This document shows, piece by piece, positions 1 through 7,135 of a stretch of 10,946 nt of DNA. Both the position numbers and the translations under genes were made by a program. The notes under the pieces are model-generated. The model saw only the letters and a list, made by a program, of their open reading frames with translations, ran no database searches and was not told where the DNA came from. Position 1 is the first letter of the stretch. Each line of letters begins with the position of its first letter. This DNA comes from an uncultured Fibrobacterota bacterium (GTDB taxonomy: Bacteria; Fibrobacterota; Chitinivibrionia; Chitinivibrionales; FEN-1185), in NCBI GenBank assembly GCA_963753345.1, contig CAVWBU010000017.1, forward strand, positions 1 to 10,946. Direction: 5' to 3'.

Positions 1-131
1 CCTACCAGGTGCGGCCGGTTGCGGTGCACAAGGCGCAGGAGCCGCTGCTTGAGGCCGAGACCGGGCCGAAAAAGGCGCGGAAGACATTCCTCGTCAGGAA
101 GATCGCGAAAATCGGAGTGGGGGCGCCATGA
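1..131 (+). CDS. 3' end of an upstream gene (partial, product unknown)
   Basis: The frame starting at 3 is open to TGA 129-131 (YQVRPVAVHKAQEPLLEAETGPKKARKTFLVRKIAKIGVGAP*) with GC3-rich codons. The stop overlaps the dnaE ATG (ATGA), typical of translational coupling. Confidence 0.6.
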   Translation, partial: YQVRPVAVHKAQEPLLEAETGPKKARKTFLVRKIAKIGVGAP

Positions 132-3100
132 GCAAACGAAGCAATTTCGTCCACCTGCACAATCACACCGAATACAGCTTTCTCGACGGCGCGATACGGA
201 TCAAGAACCTCGTGGCAAAGGCGAAGGAGTTCGGCATGCCGGCGCTCGCCATCACCGACCACGGCGGCCTGTTCGGCGCGGTCGAGTTCTTCAACGCCTG
301 CCTTGCCGAAGGCATCAAGCCGATCATCGGCTTCGAGGCGTATGTTGCGCCGCAGTCGCGGCTTGACAAGGCCAAGACCGGCGAGGAAAACTACCACCAC
401 CTCATCCTTCTCGCGCGCAACAACGAGGGCTACAAAAACCTCATGCAGCTTTCGAGCATCGGCTACCTCGAAGGGTTCTATTATAAGCCCCGCATCGACA
501 TGGAAGTGCTGAGGAAGTATTCGGCCGGGCTCATCGCCACGAGCGCCTGCGTGGCGGGCGCCATCCCGCGCGCGCTGCTCGGGGGCGATGTGAAGAAGGC
601 GCAGGCCCTTACCGAGGAGTACATTGACATTTTCGGAAAAGAGAACTTCTACTTCGAGCTGCAGAACCACGGCATCGACCGGGAGATCGTGGCGTTCGAC
701 GAGCTCATCAAGCTCGGCAGGCGCATGAACGTCCCGTTCATCGTCGCCAACGACGCGCACTACCTTACCAGAGAAGACGCCGACTCCCACGAAGTCCTGT
801 TGTGCATCCAGACCCAGACCACCATGGACGACCCGGGCAGGTTCCGCTTCGGTTCCGACCAGGTCTATTTCAAGTCGCCCGCGGAAATGGCCGCGCTCTT
901 CCCGGACATTCCCGAGGCGCTTGCCAACACCATCGCCATTGCCGAGCGCTGCAGCGTGGACCTCAAGGTGCCCGCGCAGCTGCCCAAGACCTCAGTTCCT
1001 TCCGGATTTGCAAACGAGGCGGAATACCTGACGCACCTTGCGCGCTCCGGGCTCAGGGAGAAGTACCCGCACGTCACGCAGGGCATCGAGGACCGGCTCG
1101 GATTCGAACTCAGTGTCATCTGTAAAATGGGCTTCGAGGGGTATTTCCTTATTGTCTACGATTTCGTCCACGCCGCCCGGGAACGCGGCATCATGACCGG
1201 CTGCCGCGGGTCGGCCGCCGGAAGCCTTGTCGCCTACGCGATCGGCATCACCGACGTCGATCCCATCAAGTTCGACCTGCTGTTCGAGCGGTTCCTCAAC
1301 CCGGAGCGCATCGACATGCCCGACGCGGACATAGACTTTGCCGACCGCGACCGGCACACGATCATCGAATACGTGATTGACAAATACGGGCGCGATTCGG
1401 TGAGCCAGATCATCAACTTCGGCCGCATGAAGGGTAAGATGGTGGTGCGCGACGTGGCGCGCGTCATGGGGATCTCGGTCGCCGAGGCCGGGAAACTTGC
1501 GGGCATGGTCGATAAGGACCTTTCCACGTCGCTGTCGAACAACGGCGAGCTTGCGGCCGCCGTGAGGACCAACCCGAAATACGCAGACCTTTTCCGCCAC
1601 GCGCGCGCGCTCGAAGGGCTCACGCGCCAGGCGGGCATGCACGCCGCCGGCGTGATCATCGCGCCCGGGCCGGTGGTCAACTGGGCGCCGCTGTTCAAAC
1701 AGCCCGACACCGGCGTGGTCATGACGCAGTTCGACATGAATGACGTGAAGGAGGTCGGGCTCATCAAGATGGACTTCCTCGGCCTCATCACCCTCACCAT
1801 CCTCCAGGACACGCTCAAGCTTATCAAGGACAACGGCGGGCCTGCGATCGACCTGTGGAAGCTGCCCGACCGCGATCCCGAAACCATGGCCCTGCTTGGC
1901 AGAGGGGAAACCGTGGGCGTGTTCCAGTTCGAATCGCAGGGCATGCAGGACAACCTGAGGAAGCTCAAGCCGGACGGTATGGACGACCTCATCGCCATGA
2001 ATGCGCTTTACCGCCCCGGCCCCATGGAAGAGATCCCGGTCTACATCCATCGCAAGCACGGCAGGGAAAAGGTCGAGTACAAACACCCGCTCATCGAGGA
2101 GATCCTCAGGATCACCTACGGCGTGATCGTGTACCAGGAGCAGGTGATGCGCATCGCGCAGGAAATGGGCGGCTTCACCCTGGGCCAGGCCGACATCCTC
2201 AGGAAGGCGATGAGCAAGAAGGACGTTGACAAGATGGAGGCCATGCGCAAGAAGTTCATGGAGGGCGCGGCGAAGAAAAAGGTAAGCGGGAAGGCGGCGG
2301 AGGAGATTTTCGACCGCATGGCAAAGTTCGCCGAATACGCCTTCAACAAGGCGCATGCCACGGTCTACGCGCACGTGGCGTACCAGTGCGCGTACCTCAA
2401 GGCGCATTATCCGCTTGAGTTCCTCACCGCGAACCTGTCAAGCCTGCTTGAGGACCAGGACGAGGTGCTCACCATAAAGAACGAGGCCGAGCGGATGGGC
2501 GTGCGCATCCTGCCGCCCGATATAAACGCCAGCGACTTCGCCTGCTCCATGGACCAGGGAAGGATACGGCTCGGTCTCGGCACCATCAAGAACGTGGGCA
2601 AGGCCGCCGTCTCTATCCTCGACGCGCGGAAGAAAAAGGGAAGATTCTCCAGCCTCTTCGAGCTGTGCTCCTCGGTCGATTTGCATCTTGTCAATAAGAA
2701 ATGCCTCGAATCGCTGGTGTATGCAGGCGCGCTCGACTGCCTCAAGGGCACGCGCGCCCAGCTGTTCGCGAGCATCGACGCGGCCATCGACTACGGCGGC
2801 TCGTTCCAGAAGGACCGGGCGACCGGCCAGACGAGCCTCTTTGACACGGGCGACTCGTCTGCGCAAGGCGCGCAAGGCGCGCAGAGCGCGCCCCCGGAAC
2901 CGCCCCTTGCCGGGGTGGAGCCGTGGCCCTACAACGAGCTGTTGGCAAAGGAGAAAGAGGTGCTCAATTTCTACGTGAGCGGGCACCCGCTGGAGCGGTT
3001 CCAGGACGAGATCCGCGGGTTCGCCGACATTTCCCTCAAGCTGGAATCGCTTGAGAAGGCAAGGGAGGGGCAGAACCTCACCGTGGGCGGCATCGTGACG

Positions 3101-3583
3101 TCGGTAAAGTCGCATGTCCAGCGCGACGGCAGGCTCATGGCGTTTCTCGAAATCGAGGACTTCGACGGCTCCATGGAACTGCTCGCGTTCGGCGACGCGT
3201 TTGAGAAGTTCAAGCACCTGCTGGCGCTTGACGCCATGATACTCGTGCGCGGCCAGGTGTCGGTGCGGGAAGGCGACAAGAAGCCGAAGCTCAAGGTTGA
3301 CAACGTGATCGCGCTTTCGGAAACGCGCGGGAAGCTCGCGCGGAGCGTGCACGTGCGGCTCAAGACCCAGGGGCTCGAGGAAACGTTTGTAAAGGGCCTG
3401 TACGACGAATGCGCCGGAACGCCGGGCGAGTGCAGTCTTGTGCTCCATCTCCTGACTGAGGAGGAGAACGAGTACCGCGTCAAGGCGAGGAACGTGACGC
3501 TCAGCGCGGCAAAGGAAACCATAGAGTCGCTCAGGAAACGCGTCGGAAAGGAAAACGTGTGGATCAGCAAGGCCGCGGCATGA
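128..3583 (+). CDS. dnaE: DNA polymerase III subunit alpha
   Basis: 1151 aa. PHP domain (HLHNHTEYS, TDHG, NDAHY), GCRGSAAGS, LLFERFLNPER, catalytic MPDADID, KMDFLGL, GVFQFES, ALYRPGP, YAFNKAH, clamp-binding QTSLF and a C-terminal OB fold. No intein-sized insertion. Confidence 0.98.
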   Translation: MSKRSNFVHLHNHTEYSFLDGAIRIKNLVAKAKEFGMPALAITDHGGLFGAVEFFNACLAEGIKPIIGFEAYVAPQSRLDKAKTGEENYHHLILLARNNEGYKNLMQLSSIGYLEGFYYKPRIDMEVLRKYSAGLIATSACVAGAIPRALLGGDVKKAQALTEEYIDIFGKENFYFELQNHGIDREIVAFDELIKLGRRMNVPFIVANDAHYLTREDADSHEVLLCIQTQTTMDDPGRFRFGSDQVYFKSPAEMAALFPDIPEALANTIAIAERCSVDLKVPAQLPKTSVPSGFANEAEYLTHLARSGLREKYPHVTQGIEDRLGFELSVICKMGFEGYFLIVYDFVHAARERGIMTGCRGSAAGSLVAYAIGITDVDPIKFDLLFERFLNPERIDMPDADIDFADRDRHTIIEYVIDKYGRDSVSQIINFGRMKGKMVVRDVARVMGISVAEAGKLAGMVDKDLSTSLSNNGELAAAVRTNPKYADLFRHARALEGLTRQAGMHAAGVIIAPGPVVNWAPLFKQPDTGVVMTQFDMNDVKEVGLIKMDFLGLITLTILQDTLKLIKDNGGPAIDLWKLPDRDPETMALLGRGETVGVFQFESQGMQDNLRKLKPDGMDDLIAMNALYRPGPMEEIPVYIHRKHGREKVEYKHPLIEEILRITYGVIVYQEQVMRIAQEMGGFTLGQADILRKAMSKKDVDKMEAMRKKFMEGAAKKKVSGKAAEEIFDRMAKFAEYAFNKAHATVYAHVAYQCAYLKAHYPLEFLTANLSSLLEDQDEVLTIKNEAERMGVRILPPDINASDFACSMDQGRIRLGLGTIKNVGKAAVSILDARKKKGRFSSLFELCSSVDLHLVNKKCLESLVYAGALDCLKGTRAQLFASIDAAIDYGGSFQKDRATGQTSLFDTGDSSAQGAQGAQSAPPEPPLAGVEPWPYNELLAKEKEVLNFYVSGHPLERFQDEIRGFADISLKLESLEKAREGQNLTVGGIVTSVKSHVQRDGRLMAFLEIEDFDGSMELLAFGDAFEKFKHLLALDAMILVRGQVSVREGDKKPKLKVDNVIALSETRGKLARSVHVRLKTQGLEETFVKGLYDECAGTPGECSLVLHLLTEEENEYRVKARNVTLSAAKETIESLRKRVGKENVWISKAAA
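2861..2887 (+). repeat. In-frame 9-bp tandem repeat (GCGCAAGGC x2 + GCGCAGAGC) encoding AQGAQGAQS in the DnaE linker
   Basis: Read directly from the sequence; it follows the QTSLF motif at 2828-2842. Confidence 0.8.
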
Positions 3584-4338
3584 ACGGCATGGTAACCGCA
3601 CTTCACACGGCGGCAATCTGCGTGTGGGCGGCGGCGGCGTCCGTGGCGTACGGCACGGTCGCGCTGTGCGCGGCGCCCTTCAGCAACAGATTCGCGCGTT
3701 TTATCGCCCATTTGTGGTGCGTCCATTTGACGTCGCTGAGCGGCATCCGGGTGAAGATAACGGGCGGGGAGAAACTTGACAGAAAAGAGCGATACGTTTT
3801 TGTCGCGAACCACCAGAGCTATTTCGACATTCCGGTGCTGTACACGGGCCTTCCGTTTGCCCTGAGCTTTATTGCTAAAAAGGAATTGTTTTTCATCCCG
3901 TTTTTCGGATGGGGCATTGCGGCCATCGGTCATATCTGGATCGACCGCGACAACGCGCGCGCCGCGCGGAGTTCCATCACGCGCGCCATTGCCATGCTCA
4001 AACGCAAAAACATTTCGCTGATGCTGTTTCCCGAGGGAACGCGCAGCGTTTCGGGCGAGATGGGTGAGTTCAAGCGCGGCAGCTTCGCGCTCGCCCTCGA
4101 AGCCGGCGTGGCCGTGGTCCCGCTTTCCCTCCGCGGCACGCGCGACATCCTTCCGAAACACAGCGGCCTGCTGAGGCCCGGCACGGCCACCATTGTGGTC
4201 GGCGACCCTATCCCGCCGTCCGAGATCGCATCGCTTGACAAAGCGAAGTTGTCGGAAATGATGAGGGAGAGGATATTGCGGGGGATGGAAAAGAGTGAAA
4301 GTGAAAACGTGGTTGTTGATGATCCGCAACAGCGCTAA
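3580..4338 (+). CDS. plsC: 1-acyl-sn-glycerol-3-phosphate acyltransferase (lysophospholipid acyltransferase family)
   Basis: NHQSYFD (HX4D), FIAKKEL, HIWIDR and FPEGTRS motifs plus an N-terminal hydrophobic segment. Start placed at ATG 3580, overlapping the dnaE stop (ATGA), rather than GTG 3559. Confidence 0.9.
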   Translation: MNGMVTALHTAAICVWAAAASVAYGTVALCAAPFSNRFARFIAHLWCVHLTSLSGIRVKITGGEKLDRKERYVFVANHQSYFDIPVLYTGLPFALSFIAKKELFFIPFFGWGIAAIGHIWIDRDNARAARSSITRAIAMLKRKNISLMLFPEGTRSVSGEMGEFKRGSFALALEAGVAVVPLSLRGTRDILPKHSGLLRPGTATIVVGDPIPPSEIASLDKAKLSEMMRERILRGMEKSESENVVVDDPQQR

Positions 4339-4426
4339 GGATATTCGACCCACACAGATTTGACAAAGCTCGCAAACCACTTCGCCGCAAACACAATAAC
4401 CGTAAAACCAAACCATGGAGCACCCG

Positions 4427-4789
4427 ATGCCATCCGAACTCGATGTCCTCATAGAAGAATCCCTTCGCCTCCGTCAGGAAGTCCAGCGCATGCAGGAGCA
4501 GTACGACGGAAAGCGCGGCCGCATCCTGGAACTCATGACCGCGGACAACCGGCGGGAATACCGATACGGGCAATGCAAGGCGGTGCGTACCGAGGCGATT
4601 ATCCTGGAAAGCGTTTCAAAGGAATTGTTTGTCAAGGCGCTTCAGGAAGTGGATATTCCGAGGGAGAAGAAGGTGTTTATTTGGAATAAATCAATAAAAG
4701 AAATTAAAAGGCCGGAGATGGTGATATTGAGGACCGCAGGGGGAAAGGGGAGGAAGGAAGAGGACGTGACGGTGATTGATGGGGAGTGA
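4427..4789 (+). CDS. Hypothetical protein, 120 aa, with an N-terminal coiled-coil-like helix
   Basis: GGAG at 4417-4420 precedes ATG 4427. Protein-like composition (ELDVLIEESLRLRQEVQRMQEQY...). No family confidently recognised. Confidence 0.7.
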   Translation: MPSELDVLIEESLRLRQEVQRMQEQYDGKRGRILELMTADNRREYRYGQCKAVRTEAIILESVSKELFVKALQEVDIPREKKVFIWNKSIKEIKRPEMVILRTAGGKGRKEEDVTVIDGE

Positions 4790-4833
4790 ATTTTAATGGT
4801 TGGATAAGGTGGTTAATCACGAAATAATTCCCG

Positions 4834-5070
4834 CTATTTGCTGATAAGGATCTTTTCAAACGAAGAATAGGTCTTGTAGTCACACTGGATTACATACTCG
4901 CCTGCGGGCAACATACTTGTGATGTTGTTGTTGCCTTTTGTCAATTTTCCAGACAAAAGGGATTTGCCGTTTATGGCAAACACCCCAAAAAGGCCGTTAT
5001 CTGGGGATTGGATGATAAGCCGCGAGCCTTTGGCGATGGTCCTGCTAAGGACTTGGGGGACAATCAGAGT
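4834..5070 (-). CDS. -1 frame extension of the FG-GAP gene: putative T9SS type A-like C-terminal sorting domain (78 aa)
   Basis: Manual translation: TLIVPQVLSRTIAKGSRLIIQSPDNGLFGVFAINGKSLLSGKLTKGNNNITSMLPAGEYVIQCDYKTYSSFEKILISK*, with TAG at 4834-4836. It matches the CTD pattern (F/Y)xxxG(K/R)...LxxGxY(V/I)...KxxxxK. There is no canonical start near its 5' end, and the frame is closed upstream by TAA at 5077-5079. Confidence 0.75.
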   Translation of the reverse strand, partial: TLIVPQVLSRTIAKGSRLIIQSPDNGLFGVFAINGKSLLSGKLTKGNNNITSMLPAGEYVIQCDYKTYSSFEKILISK

Positions 5071-5441
5071 TTTTTTTTAGTAAGGACCGGGGTGTATGAG
5101 TATACTTTGTAGTTGATGACAAGTTCCTTTTTCCCGTCGCCATTGAAATCGCCGACAGCTTGGACTGCGCCCCCATTACTAACTTCCAGGAGAATTGTTT
5201 CCTTCTTTACTGAGTAGACACACATCTTTTCAATAGTAGTTGTTCCGTCAAAATATAATGTCTCATATGCAATGTCATCAGATCCATCCCCATCAAAATC
5301 GCCAACGTTTTGAGGGGGGGCGCCACTGACCAAACATCCTGGACAATCCACTGGAATTGGCAGGCTGGTTTGCGCAAAGCAAACAACGGCAAAAACCAGA
5401 ACAACCCCACATCCGATCATGCCGCCAATTCTGTTGACCAT
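5064..5441 (-). CDS. Secreted FG-GAP/VCBS-like repeat protein (short, frame-0 form, 125 aa)
   Basis: AGGAGG at 5447-5452 precedes ATG 5441. Signal peptide ...LVFAVVCFA|Q, two Ca-binding-type repeats VGDFDGDGSDD and VGDFNGDGKKE, and a CPGC motif. Ends ACT AAA AAA AAA CTC TGA. Confidence 0.85.
   Translation of the reverse strand: MVNRIGGMIGCGVVLVFAVVCFAQTSLPIPVDCPGCLVSGAPPQNVGDFDGDGSDDIAYETLYFDGTTTIEKMCVYSVKKETILLEVSNGGAVQAVGDFNGDGKKELVINYKVYSYTPVLTKKKL
5070..5078 (-). other. A9 homopolymer: candidate transcriptional-slippage, -1 frameshift or phase-variation site
   Basis: T9 on the + strand at 5070-5078. One extra A, or a -1 shift, joins the FG-GAP ORF to the CTD-like ORF. Confidence 0.65.
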
Positions 5442-5511
5442 AGTTGCCTCCTGCGTCAGTAAGCAGATTCATTCAAATGCTGTTCGTTGTCAAAAAGCCT
5501 GTTCACTGATG

Positions 5512-5540
5512 ATTATATCCTTTATACTCTTTGCAGGCAA
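5512..5540 (-). promoter_or_regulatory. Putative sigma70 promoter of the FG-GAP gene
   Basis: TTGCCT (5540-5535), a 17-nt spacer, then TATAAT (5517-5512), about 70 nt upstream of ATG 5441. Confidence 0.6.
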
Positions 5541-5565
5541 GAACAAAAGCAATTTCTTCCCAGAC

Positions 5566-5587
5566 TGTCAACTCTCAACTCTTTCTC
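5566..5587. repeat. Heptamer repeat copy A (TGTCAAC TCTCAAC TCTTTCTC)
   Basis: Seen directly, just downstream of the flavodoxin stop. Shares its TCAACTCTTTCTC tail with copy C. Confidence 0.6.
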
Positions 5588-5613
5588 CGCCACTGGGAAA
5601 AATAGATTATTGA

Positions 5614-6156
5614 TTATTCAGCCACCTTCCTCACAAAATTCTCAAACCTCTCCCTAATTTCCCCCTTAAAATTCTCCTCCGCCAACCTCGTCTTCATCAT
5701 CGCATTCCCGTCCGCCCTTTTGTCCTCCGCTAGAACCAGCCCTATCGGGAAAGCTTCACAGCGAATGCATTTGTTCCCAAGCATGTCTCTAATCTTGTCA
5801 AAGACGAGGTCATGTCCGAACTTTTGACGTTTAGCGGCGTCGGTGCTCCCGCAGCACGTGGCAAAATACAGCCTCTTGACGTCCTTATGGTATTTGCGGA
5901 TAAAGTCATACAATGGTGAAATAACCTGGCCCATCCAGATGGGACTGCATACGATTATCCGATCATATTCACCCACTTTGTGGCTGAGGGCTTTGATTCC
6001 AAGACTTGTTTTAGTCAATGAGAAGAGGATCAAGAAGGGAAAAAGGCTCAATCTTGGCTTGATCGCTTCAATGTCGCAATTCAATTCCTTGGCAACCTTT
6101 TCGGCAAGATACTTGTTGTTGCCGCTATTTGAATAATAAGCAACTAAGGTTTTCAT
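5614..6156 (-). CDS. Flavodoxin-family protein
   Basis: MKTLVAYYSNSGNNKYLAEKVA (FMN phosphate loop), YDRIIVCSPIWMG and FATCCGS. AAGGAG lies 7 nt before ATG 6156; GTG 6159 is an alternative start. Confidence 0.85.
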   Translation of the reverse strand: MKTLVAYYSNSGNNKYLAEKVAKELNCDIEAIKPRLSLFPFLILFSLTKTSLGIKALSHKVGEYDRIIVCSPIWMGQVISPLYDFIRKYHKDVKRLYFATCCGSTDAAKRQKFGHDLVFDKIRDMLGNKCIRCEAFPIGLVLAEDKRADGNAMMKTRLAEENFKGEIRERFENFVRKVAE

Positions 6157-6216
6157 CACCAGGCTCCTTTACGCCCAAAAATGATTGCTAAATATCCAAT
6201 ACAGTACATGTTTCAC

Positions 6217-6237
6217 TGTCAACTGTCAACCGTCAAC
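6217..6237. repeat. Heptamer repeat copy B (TGTCAAC TGTCAAC CGTCAAC)
   Basis: Seen directly. The third unit contains the TGA stop (6233-6235) of the EFR1-type gene. Confidence 0.75.
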
Positions 6238-7018
6238 CCCTCACCATAATGTCCCTTATTTTGACATCAGGATGGTGATAGCGGGTCCGTCCCGCTGTGT
6301 GTTTCCCATACTGAATAGCTTGTGTGGGACACCAATGAAGGCAGGCAAAGCACTGCTCGCAATGATGCTGCCATGCCGGCCGGTGTTCATTCATTTTGAT
6401 ATTGTTGACAGGGCACACCTGCTCGCACACGCCGCAGCCATTGCAGTTTGAATCCGCCGTAAACTGTTTGTCCATACCTGGAATCTTCGGCGCAGAGCGC
6501 CGGTACATTATTCCGCTGAACAGCCAATTGACCGAGGGCCACCCTTGATACATACTTTTCTCACGTTTTTCGATTGCAGCGCAGATTTCATCGATCCTGC
6601 GAGCTGCCTTTTCAAACCTGATCTTCTGTTTTTCCGGCGCCGTGGCGCCGCCGAGCGGAGTGTAGTTGTCAACCATGGTGACGGCGAAACCGGCCGCCAG
6701 CGTCAATCCCCGTTTCGAAAAGAGTTCGGCTGCCTGAGTGAGCGTGGAACAGGGCATGCCGCCATGCGCGGCCACCGCAAACACGTATGCATCGGCTGGA
6801 ACTTTTAACTTCTCAATGAGTCGGGTGACAATCAGGGGCAGACCGAATATGTACACCGGGAAAACAAGGCCTATTCTCGGAGTGCCCGGCGATGGGTGTG
6901 CGGCATCCGGGTGGGCCATATGAACAAGTTTGGTATCGCCCAGTTTTGCTGCAATCTCCCGTGCGACTACGAAAGAATTACCCGTACCTGAGAAGTAGTA
7001 GATTGTCGTGCCTGTCAT
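6233..7018 (-). CDS. EFR1-family ferredoxin (N-terminal flavodoxin-like domain plus C-terminal 2x[4Fe-4S] domain)
   Basis: YYFSGTGNS, GLVFPVY, MVDNY, CNGCGVCEQVCP, CEQCFACLHWCP and C-terminal RYHHP. AAGGAG lies upstream. Confidence 0.9.
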   Translation of the reverse strand: MTGTTIYYFSGTGNSFVVAREIAAKLGDTKLVHMAHPDAAHPSPGTPRIGLVFPVYIFGLPLIVTRLIEKLKVPADAYVFAVAAHGGMPCSTLTQAAELFSKRGLTLAAGFAVTMVDNYTPLGGATAPEKQKIRFEKAARRIDEICAAIEKREKSMYQGWPSVNWLFSGIMYRRSAPKIPGMDKQFTADSNCNGCGVCEQVCPVNNIKMNEHRPAWQHHCEQCFACLHWCPTQAIQYGKHTAGRTRYHHPDVKIRDIMVRG

Positions 7019-7097
7019 TGCATGCTCCTTTTTATCAGAAGAATGGTTTTAGTATTGGGATCTATGTCTTTCCGTGGTTTTCTGTCGGGTCTTCTGC

Positions 7098-7133
7098 TAT
7101 CAGCTGTCAACCGTCAACTGTCAACTCTTTCTC
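7098..7133. repeat. Heptamer repeat copy C (TATCAGC TGTCAAC CGTCAAC TGTCAAC TCTTTCTC)
   Basis: Seen directly, immediately downstream of the kinase stop (7136-7138). Confidence 0.75.
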
Positions 7134-7135
7134 TT

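Noticed and set aside
128-3583. Intein or split in dnaE
   Set aside because: The length is normal, the motifs are contiguous, and there are no intein splice or LAGLIDADG motifs.
4360-4397. TTGACA upstream of the hypothetical gene as a -35 box
   Set aside because: No -10-like hexamer at 16-18 nt spacing.
2-4452. Long antisense and alternate-frame ORFs over dnaE/plsC (2-790, 992-2407, 2438-3616, 2971-4452 and others)
   Set aside because: Shadow ORFs expected from high-GC codon bias opposite clear genes; no recognisable motifs.
4934-4980. Hairpins CCTTTTGTC/GACAAAAGG and TTTGCC/GGCAAA as a riboswitch, terminator or attC site
   Set aside because: They lie within the CTD-like coding frame, and I found no c-di-GMP riboswitch or attC consensus. 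A role in mRNA structure cannot be excluded.
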